Virus record (IMG/VR): IMGVR_UViG_2558860259_000003
Length of the DNA: 20,000 nt
Reading direction: 5' to 3' (one strand)
Origin: an uncultured virus (IMG/VR IMGVR_UViG_2558860259_000003)
Taxonomy: Duplodnaviria; Heunggongvirae; Uroviricota; Caudoviricetes
Part shown: in pieces, positions 1-6,859 of the stretch
Position numbering within the stretch: the first letter of the stretch is position 1
Layout: the number at the start of each line of letters is the position of its first letter
Position numbers and translations under genes: made by a program
Notes under the pieces: model-generated
The model's input: the letters and a program-made list of their open reading frames with translations, nothing else
The model's database searches: none
Told to the model about the DNA's origin: nothing

Positions 1-2
1 CA

Positions 3-1421
3 TGGAACGGCATTGTTGATGCCATACGTAGCCCGGTGGCGAATGATGACTATGAGCGCGTTTACTTCACCGACGGCTCTTACCCAAAGGTCACAAGCAA
101 CCGCATAGCGACGCAAGATAACGGCAATTTTCCTGCCGCATATTTTCGCCTAGGCGTGCCAGCGCCGGAGAATCCAATAGTCATAGGTGGCGTAACACCG
201 CCTGCCGATCCGGGTGAAGATGATCCAACGGATGACGAAACCCGTTTCTATGTGGAAACTTATGTTACGGCATATGGCGAAGAGGGGCCGCCCGGCCCCG
301 CATCAGCAGAGATCACCATTGTTTACCCTGGCAGCACGGTAACACTCCACCTTCAGCCGCCCGGCACCCAGAACAGCAATATCAACCGTCGGCGGATTTA
401 TCGATCTGCAACCAGTGATAGCACTGCTGATTTTCTGCTGGTGGCTGAGTTAGGCATCGCCATCGGTATTTTTGAGGACAATCTGGCCGGATCGCAACTT
501 AGCGCCGTACTGGAAACCTATGATTTTATGATGCCGCCTGATGGCATGATCGGGTTATGTACTATGTCTAACGGTATCTGCGCCGGCTTTGAAGGCGATG
601 AGGTTATGTTCTCTGAAGCCTATCTCCCGTATGCCTGGAAGCCCGCGAACCGGCAGACGACGAAAAACAAGATTGTGGCCATAGCCCCGATCGGTACATC
701 CCTTATTGTGGGAACCGAGGGCGATCCGTATCTGTTCAGCGGCATCACACCGTCGAATATCAGTAACTCAGAGCCAAATATCACGCTGGCATGCGTATCC
801 AGGCAGTCAATGGTCGCGATGGACGGCTTTGCTATCTACGCCTCGCCAAACGGGATTGTTACGATCGATGCATCAGGCAATGCGATGGTGGCCACGGAAA
901 AAATCATTGAACAACGGCAGTGGCGAAGGCTGTATAACCCGACAACAATCCGCGCCTGGCGCGTGGAAAACGAATATCTGGCACTGTATGACACGCCAGC
1001 CGGTACCGAAGGCTTTATCTTCAATCCGCAGGCTATGGATATCCGCCACCTGTCGAATCACTTTGATGCGGGCTACAACGATAAAAAGAGCGATACGCTT
1101 TATATCGTCAAAGGCAAGCAACTGTATACGCTCTATGGCGGTGAAATGCCGATCAGTATGCGCTGGCGCTCCAAACAATTCCTTGCGCCATACGACACCT
1201 CATTTTCTTGCCTGCGTGTGATGAGCGATCAACTGTTCTTCGTTGGGATCAACATCATTGTTGACGGTAGAGTGGCAATTACTTTGGCTCCTGGTTCAAT
1301 GCGGGATAGCATGATCAAGTTACCGGCCATCACTGGCAGAAAATGGATGTTGGAAACGTGGGGGCGCGGCCAAGTTGACCGTATAACACTATCGACATCA
1401 ATGCAGGAGATGCCAGCATGA
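3..1421 (+). CDS. Phage tail structural protein (tail nozzle/stabilisation-type), 5'-truncated by window edge
   Basis: Frame is open from base 3 (WNGIVDAIRSPVANDDYERVYFTDG...), so the true start lies upstream of the window and the GTG at 36 is internal. The beta-rich protein (YVETYVTAYGEEGPPGP, FSEAYLPYAW) resembles podovirus tail proteins and precedes the ejection-type genes. Its stop overlaps the next start (ATGA). Confidence 0.75.
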   Translation, partial: WNGIVDAIRSPVANDDYERVYFTDGSYPKVTSNRIATQDNGNFPAAYFRLGVPAPENPIVIGGVTPPADPGEDDPTDDETRFYVETYVTAYGEEGPPGPASAEITIVYPGSTVTLHLQPPGTQNSNINRRRIYRSATSDSTADFLLVAELGIAIGIFEDNLAGSQLSAVLETYDFMMPPDGMIGLCTMSNGICAGFEGDEVMFSEAYLPYAWKPANRQTTKNKIVAIAPIGTSLIVGTEGDPYLFSGITPSNISNSEPNITLACVSRQSMVAMDGFAIYASPNGIVTIDASGNAMVATEKIIEQRQWRRLYNPTTIRAWRVENEYLALYDTPAGTEGFIFNPQAMDIRHLSNHFDAGYNDKKSDTLYIVKGKQLYTLYGGEMPISMRWRSKQFLAPYDTSFSCLRVMSDQLFFVGINIIVDGRVAITLAPGSMRDSMIKLPAITGRKWMLETWGRGQVDRITLSTSMQEMPA

Positions 1422-2688
1422 GTAAAGGACGGTATCGCTCAGGCACTGATTTATCTACGGTCGCTGAAAACATCCAAACCCTGACCGGCCAGCGCGGTAA
1501 TGGGCTTGATCGTGCTGTTACTGTTCGTGAACTCGCTGATCTGGGGTTGGCATCAAAGCGCGTGGTCAGCAATGGTCAGGTGTCATTAGTGCCGGGGATC
1601 ACTCCACCGACTGGATGGGGTGGGTCGGGGGCCAATAAGCCAGCGCAATTTCCTATCAGGCCAACCGGCTTCACTGCCTATGGTGCGTTCTCATTCATTG
1701 CGCTGGTATGGGACATGCCAAAGTATAGCGGCCATTCACTCACTGAGATTTATCGCAGTAGCGACGATAATCTGGCTAATGCGGTGCTTGTGGGTACTGA
1801 GGCGGCTGGGTTTATAGCGATCCTCAGAATACTGGACAGCCAGGGGTGTATTATTGGATCCGTCATATCAATGCAAACGGCGTTCCAGGGCCATTTAATG
1901 ATACGAATGGCACATTTGCGCAGACTGATCCAAATGCAGCGCAAAACCTGATAGCTGATCGAGTAGTTACTGGGATCGAAATTATCACACCATTGCTCCG
2001 CTCCGCACGGATTGAAAATGGGCTCTTCACGGTTGATGAAAACGGCAACATGGTGGCGACCAATGCCAGCATGAACTTTATGACTGCTAATGGTGGATGG
2101 TTTTACGATATCTATGCTGAGAGAGCGACGTTCCGGAATGTCCTGATCACTGAGGACAGTGATGTTCGCGGTACCATCTATGCAAATAAGTTGGTAGGTG
2201 ATGTATATAACGCACAAAGTGGCGGATTAAGCTTGCCACCCGTTCCGGATCTAGCAGGATATGGAGGGTATTCATGGAGCAGTATCGCCGGGGATCATGT
2301 ACTACTTTATATTGTTGGCGAAGATTTTGATCGCGTAATGGACAGTAATTTATTTGTGAATGCGATGAGTTTTAATAGGAATCACTTCAGAATTATTCTT
2401 CGCAGCCCTGGTGTGGAGGATATTCAGCTGGCATACCATGATACGGGTAACGGTGGTGGGAATGGGCCGATGAATAAAAAGCTACAAGGTATTTTTTTAC
2501 CGGCGATAGGAAGAGATAAAACACACCAGTTGATCATGAATATTGAAATTGGTTGGCAAAGTAGTGTCTATATGCATCCAGAAATATTGAATAATCTTCA
2601 AAACTCAACTGGTGGAATAGAATATGCTATTCCATTTATTGGGATTTATAAATCAGGTCGGGTGCTGGCAACAAGTGGGCCGCTATAA
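1418..2688 (+). pseudogene. Phage tail/host-specificity protein split by a -1 frameshift near 1808-1811
   Basis: ORF 1418..1951 reads ...AVLVGTEAAG and then loses plausibility. The -1 frame from 1810 reads VYSDPQNTGQPGVYYWIRHINANGVPGPFN and runs on as ORF 1846..2688. A TGA at 1798-1800 in that frame bounds the shift to 1801-1846. Adding one G to GGG(1808-1810) gives a single ORF of about 423 aa. Confidence 0.75.
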
Positions 2689-3059
2689 TGATTAAGACTC
2701 TTGATAAAATGATTATCAGAACTGCGGCAATCTCAAAAGACAAACAGCTATTAGAGAAAATCCAAAACGCCTGCCGGGAAAAGCAGGCGTTTTGCTTTGG
2801 CTCAGATGATGCTCGAATTGTGTTGAAACCGCGATCACGTGACGGCATTCCCTACGTAGTTGTCTGGCTTGGGGTGAGTATCAGTAGGGATGGACTGGAG
2901 CGCTACACGCCTAAGGTGCAAGAGCTAACGCGGATGATTGGTGGCCGCTGGGCAGAGTTCTATACAGTGAGGAAAGGTTTTATCAGGAAAGCGAGGCAGC
3001 TAGGCTTTGAGCGGTTGCCTGATGAAGATGGTTTAATGAAGTTCCGGATCCCGGTGTGA
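2688..3059 (+). CDS. Phage protein, possibly GNAT-fold (positional analogue of P22 gp14 / T7 gp13)
   Basis: 123-aa ORF coupled to the upstream gene (TAATG). Lies between tail genes and ejection-type genes. Has a beta-strand/helix pattern ending in RKGFIRKARQLGF. Confidence 0.6.
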   Translation: MIKTLDKMIIRTAAISKDKQLLEKIQNACREKQAFCFGSDDARIVLKPRSRDGIPYVVVWLGVSISRDGLERYTPKVQELTRMIGGRWAEFYTVRKGFIRKARQLGFERLPDEDGLMKFRIPV

Positions 3060-3066
3060 GGTGAAT

Positions 3067-3747
3067 ATGGGGAAGGGCGGCGGAAGTACCGAAGTCAAAG
3101 AAACAGCGAACGAAAAAGCAGCAGCGCAAGTTGCGGCGAGACAGTGGGATCTTTATTCCAATGAATTAAAGCCATTTGAAAATCTGTTTATTTCTAAGGT
3201 TGATAAGCTGAATAATGAACAAAAATACGCCGATATTGCTGCTGATACCAATCTTGGCTATCAGTCTGAATTCAGCAAAGCCAGGGGGCAGGCAGCGACC
3301 AATCTTGCTGCCAGCGGTGTTGATCCCAGTAGTGGCAAATTTCAGGAGGCGTTGAACGATATTACCTCTGATCAAGTTGTTGGACAGATCGATACAACTA
3401 ACCGCGCGCAGAGTTCCCAGGCTGATAAGTATGTCGCTGGCTTGCAAGATGTTGTTGCTATGGGTTCTGGACAGAAAGCAGATGCGTTGTCTGGCTATAG
3501 CAACATAGCGAACACCAGTTTACAGAAGGCGCAGAACGATGCTCAGCGGTCGCTCAGTGATCGGCAGGCTGTAGCTGGTGTGATTGGTGCGGTAGGTGGA
3601 GCAGCAGCACGTACTTACGGCATCGGCGGGGTCACGACCATGCCAACAGCATCGGCAAGCTCAAGCGGTGTTTTTGGTAGTGCTAACGGGGGTACGGGCA
3701 GCACTGGTGGTATGGGGTTATCAACCAACTGGAAAAGCTATACATGA
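3067..3747 (+). CDS. Putative internal virion / DNA ejection protein
   Basis: RBS GAGGTG at 3058-3063 favours ATG 3067 (MGKGGGSTEVKET) over GTG 3061. Ala/Gln/Ser-rich helical body with a Gly-rich hydrophobic C-terminal part. Confidence 0.7.
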   Translation: MGKGGGSTEVKETANEKAAAQVAARQWDLYSNELKPFENLFISKVDKLNNEQKYADIAADTNLGYQSEFSKARGQAATNLAASGVDPSSGKFQEALNDITSDQVVGQIDTTNRAQSSQADKYVAGLQDVVAMGSGQKADALSGYSNIANTSLQKAQNDAQRSLSDRQAVAGVIGAVGGAAARTYGIGGVTTMPTASASSSGVFGSANGGTGSTGGMGLSTNWKSYT

Positions 3748-3755
3748 GGTGAGTT

Positions 3756-4142
3756 ATGGGACAAGCAGCAGACACCTATGCTCGCCTCATCCGCGAGCAA
3801 TATGACGACTGGTACAACCGTTTCTATCCAAAACAGAAGGAATTGATGGAACTATCGACCAGCGGCCAGTTGATGAATAACCAACTGGCGCGTGCTGATG
3901 CGAATACTCAGCAAGCGCTCAATACCGCGCAGGTAGGACAGCAGAATCAAATGGCGCGGTATGGCGTGAACCAAGATCAGAAGGTTGGTGACAACAGCCT
4001 GGGTTTACGCTCCGCGCTGGCGACAGCGGGCGCGAAGAACGGCATCCGCGAAGGTGAGCAAGATCGACAAATGAACATTCTGACTGGCGGCAGTGCTAGT
4101 CTCAGACAGCAAATGAACATCGGCGGTGGGAGTAACAGCTAA
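3756..4142 (+). CDS. Putative internal virion / ejection protein
   Basis: 128-aa Gln/Asn-rich ORF with RBS GAGGTG overlapping the upstream stop. Tightly packed in the operon. Confidence 0.7.
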   Translation: MGQAADTYARLIREQYDDWYNRFYPKQKELMELSTSGQLMNNQLARADANTQQALNTAQVGQQNQMARYGVNQDQKVGDNSLGLRSALATAGAKNGIREGEQDRQMNILTGGSASLRQQMNIGGGSNS

Positions 4143-4402
4143 TGGGATACGGCTTAATTGATATTGCGAGCCAAACTAGACAGCAGGCGTTGCAAGGGCT
4201 GAGTGATGTAGCAAGCCGAGAAACTCAGCGTGAACAGGCCAATGAGCAATTGAAAGCCCAGCAGAAGCAAGGGCAGATGAGCATGGCGGGCATGGGGGCC
4301 GGGATGGGGGCAGCGGTTGGTGCTACTTATGGAGCCATGGGAGGCCCGATCGGTATGGGGATCGGTGCCGCTGCTGGTCTATTGATGAGTGCGTTGTTTT
4401 AA
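4142..4402 (+). CDS. Small glycine-zipper virion/ejection protein
   Basis: 86 aa, coupled by TAATG. C-terminal GMGAGMGAAVGATYGAMGGPIGMGIGAAAG is a GxxxG membrane-inserting segment. Confidence 0.7.
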   Translation: MGYGLIDIASQTRQQALQGLSDVASRETQREQANEQLKAQQKQGQMSMAGMGAGMGAAVGATYGAMGGPIGMGIGAAAGLLMSALF

Positions 4403-4411
4403 GGAGACGAT

Positions 4412-5743
4412 ATGGGCGTTCAAGGTCTGGCAGATGGTTTCTTGGCAGGGTTCAATACCGCAGATGCGGCCATTAGCCGTAACAAAGAGATGGGGCTCCG
4501 TGATGCTGCTTTCCAGCACCAGGTTAAAGACTCTGATCGAAATTTCAGTCTGCGCCAAGCTGATTTCGATTACGGCAAGGAAAGGGATCAGCGGGAATTT
4601 GGCTATAAGCAGGAACGCGACAAAGTTAGCGATCAGCAGTTTGGGCAAAAGCTTGCACTTGACCAGCAGCAGGTAGGTATCAGCCGCGCCGGACTCGGTT
4701 TGCGTGCGCAAGAGCTGGGCATGCGCCAGAAGGAGTATAACTACAAAATGATGCAGGAAGATCGCAACCAGAGGTTGCAGAACGAAATGCCCATTGTGCA
4801 GACGTTTTATAAGCAACTGGAAGAAACAGGAAAGGTAGATCCAGAACTTTACTCCCAGATTTCGAAAGATAACCCACTTAATCCCAGTCGCTTCTTCGGG
4901 CAGGATGCCATCAATAACGTGATGGAAATTAACCATGTGATGCCAAAAGTGTTGTCAGGCGACGTGAACTATAACGAGCCGAAGGTTATTAAATTGATGG
5001 ACTCAGTTTTATCGACAGACATTAGACGCGGCATCGGTGAAGTTGACCCTCAAACCGGTAAGAAGATTGTTGGCAAAGAGTTGCGACACATTGGTGTCAG
5101 CGAAGATGGGCAATTCATTATCCCGAGCCTCACCGTCAAGTATGATGATGGAACAAGTGCACGTAAACCAATGACGCATTACGGCTCTGCTGATCTGCGT
5201 GATGACCAAGTTGCTCAAATTCCTGTTGCCAACATCATGGACAAGATCCGTGGTTATAGTCAAATGGTCGGGCAGCTCAACCAACCAGCACGTGTAGAGT
5301 TTCTCAACAACATGATTAATCCGCCAGATAAAGCAGCTGTGCGCGAAGAGTCCAAGGGATTTCGTCGTGACATGCTTGAAGTGGGCAAGGCGCGAGCTAA
5401 GGCTTTGGCGGGAGCAGAACCTGAAAATATCCCGGCAATTAATGCGCAGTATGACCAGTTACAAAATCAAGTGTTACAATCCTATGGACAAGATGCTAAA
5501 TCTTTACCAACAGATGATCCTGCTTATCAGGCATTCTCTGCTGAATATCAGCAGACTTTCAAAGAAGCGCCAGATATGACAAAGCAGGAAGATATACAAG
5601 CATTTCAGTCTTGGAAAAATCAGAAAGGATCTGCGGCTCCCTCGGGTGCTGGAGAAACACCTCAACAATTACCAGAGTCAAAAGAAAATTCACATACAGC
5701 TCAACAATTAAGAGAGTTCCGTCGTTTATCTCAGGGTGATTAA
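4412..5743 (+). CDS. Putative DNA transfer / ejection protein
   Basis: 443 aa with strong RBS AAGGAG. Amphipathic start (GLADGFLAGF) followed by charged coiled-coil pseudo-repeats (DRNF..., FDYGKERD, FGYKQERD). Confidence 0.7.
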   Translation: MGVQGLADGFLAGFNTADAAISRNKEMGLRDAAFQHQVKDSDRNFSLRQADFDYGKERDQREFGYKQERDKVSDQQFGQKLALDQQQVGISRAGLGLRAQELGMRQKEYNYKMMQEDRNQRLQNEMPIVQTFYKQLEETGKVDPELYSQISKDNPLNPSRFFGQDAINNVMEINHVMPKVLSGDVNYNEPKVIKLMDSVLSTDIRRGIGEVDPQTGKKIVGKELRHIGVSEDGQFIIPSLTVKYDDGTSARKPMTHYGSADLRDDQVAQIPVANIMDKIRGYSQMVGQLNQPARVEFLNNMINPPDKAAVREESKGFRRDMLEVGKARAKALAGAEPENIPAINAQYDQLQNQVLQSYGQDAKSLPTDDPAYQAFSAEYQQTFKEAPDMTKQEDIQAFQSWKNQKGSAAPSGAGETPQQLPESKENSHTAQQLREFRRLSQGD

Positions 5744-5828
5744 TGAACAAATATTTTTTCATTCTTCCCGTCACTCCTGAAAATGACAGGGATATAATCA
5801 ATAGCTTTAAGTATTTATTTTTCTAAAG

Positions 5829-6092
5829 CTATTTAGAATTTTTTGTTAATTCATCAATAGCATAAAGTGCAATGATATCCTGTAAATTACTCCCTAGTAG
5901 TCTAAGCATATGATCAGCAACAGTGAGTGATAATTGCTGATCATGTTTTTCATTTAAAATACGTTTAATTTTGCCGTAATCCATGTTTAGATTGCAAGCA
6001 AGCCATTTTTTACTAAGTTTACATGTTTGTAATCTAAGTTTTATTTCTTTAACTACGATTATTTCTATGTGTGCTTTTTCTGGTGTTATCAT
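5829..6092 (-). CDS. Cro/C1-type (XRE) helix-turn-helix regulator (moron)
   Basis: 87 aa with an HTH pattern (LSKKWLACNLNMDYGKIKRILN...LSLTVADHMLRLLG). AT-rich and antisense to the late operon. Confidence 0.75.
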   Translation of the reverse strand: MITPEKAHIEIIVVKEIKLRLQTCKLSKKWLACNLNMDYGKIKRILNEKHDQQLSLTVADHMLRLLGSNLQDIIALYAIDELTKNSK

Positions 6093-6110
6093 AATTCTCT
6101 AACAACTAAG

Positions 6111-6127
6111 TGGCCGAAAATAGGCCA
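6111..6127. promoter_or_regulatory. 17-bp palindromic operator 1 (TGGCCGAAAATAGGCCA)
   Basis: Imperfect palindrome about 19 bp upstream of the HTH start. Matches operator 2 at 15/17 positions. Confidence 0.7.
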
Positions 6128-6157
6128 TAAAATTTTTTACTATATATTTCATTTGGA

Positions 6158-6174
6158 TGGCCTATAATAGGCCA
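6158..6174. promoter_or_regulatory. 17-bp palindromic operator 2 (TGGCCTATAATAGGCCA) containing TATAAT
   Basis: Perfect 8-bp inverted repeat around a central A. Contains TATAAT (6163-6168) on + and TATTAT on -. Confidence 0.7.
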
Positions 6175-6192
6175 CTGGTTTTGTTGTGTTTT

Positions 6193-6208
6193 TGTGATAT
6201 TAATCACG
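6193..6208. promoter_or_regulatory. CRP-like binding site TGTGA-N6-TCACG
   Basis: 9/10 match to the CRP core consensus TGTGA-N6-TCACA with correct spacing. Confidence 0.55.
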
Positions 6209-6454
6209 TAAAAAATGAAAAGGAAATTATATATTCATAAAGTGAGATGTGAAATGAATTTTCATTTTTTTACATTAGCTGATATTTTGCTGGTCAATAT
6301 ACTGATTGATAAGTACATCTAAACAAAACAATAATTATCATCATAAATAAAAATTACAAATTTAAGCCTCACTTTATATTTAACACCAAGGAGATACAGT
6401 ATATTATCTGCGATTGTAGATAGTATTCATTAGCGTATAGCCGAGGTGATTACT

Positions 6455-6550
6455 ATGGATGGAATTCAATACATTGAATTTGATTATCAATACACAATTT
6501 ACACTGAAGCCATCGCCGCGTCGTTGTCGTTTAGGTTGGTGTGCTTATGA
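6455..6550 (+). CDS. Small ORF, 31 aa (MDGIQYIEFDYQYTIYTEAIAASLSFRLVCL)
   Basis: RBS GAGGTG at 6443-6448, 6 nt before the ATG. Stop overlaps the next start (ATGA). Below the ORF-track size cut-off. Confidence 0.45.
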   Translation: MDGIQYIEFDYQYTIYTEAIAASLSFRLVCL

Positions 6551-6720
6551 TGTTCGGGGGAGAGGATAGGATTGCAAGTGTGTTGGCGTTGCTTGAGCTA
6601 CTTTCGCATTGTGACGATGACACAAAGATAGAGACAGTGCAAACAACAGCGCTACTCGGATGGAGCTTACTCAAGGGAGTAAAATCACAGCAAACACTTA
6701 AACCGCTTAACAGGGAATAA
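6547..6720 (+). CDS. Small ORF, 57 aa (MMFGGEDRIASVLALLELLSHCDDDTKIETVQTTALLGWSLLKGVKSQQTLKPLNRE)
   Basis: Coupled to the 31-aa ORF by ATGA. Reads as two amphipathic helices and is followed closely by a terminator. Confidence 0.5.
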   Translation: MMFGGEDRIASVLALLELLSHCDDDTKIETVQTTALLGWSLLKGVKSQQTLKPLNRE

Positions 6721-6746
6721 ATAACGCGCTAGATTACAGAAAGATG

Positions 6747-6780
6747 CCAGAGTGTGCTTAGAAGCAACTCTGGTTTTTTT
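6747..6780 (+). terminator. Intrinsic terminator 1
   Basis: CCAGAGT-G-TGCTT-AG-AAGCA-ACTCTGG hairpin followed by T7. Confidence 0.75.
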
Positions 6781-6793
6781 ATGCCTCAAATTG

Positions 6794-6825
6794 GCCCTGC
6801 CAGGTTTTCCTGGTGGGGCTTTTTT
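6794..6825 (+). terminator. Intrinsic terminator 2
   Basis: GCCCTGCCAGG-TTTT-CCTGGTGGGGC stem (two G-U pairs) followed by T6. Confidence 0.75.
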
Positions 6826-6859
6826 GTAACGACAAAACTCATAAACTCTGGAGCCAAAC

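Noticed and set aside
1808..1814. GGGTTTA as a programmed -1 slippery heptamer
   Set aside because: Frame 0 reads GGG-TTT-ATA, so the heptamer is not in the required X-XXY-YYZ phase. A one-base deletion explains the split more simply.
6295..6410. Possible LexA (SOS) boxes around ATACTG and TACAGTAT, and an orphan AAGGAG
   Set aside because: No complete CTGT-N8-ACAG is present, and the AAGGAG has no suitably spaced start codon.
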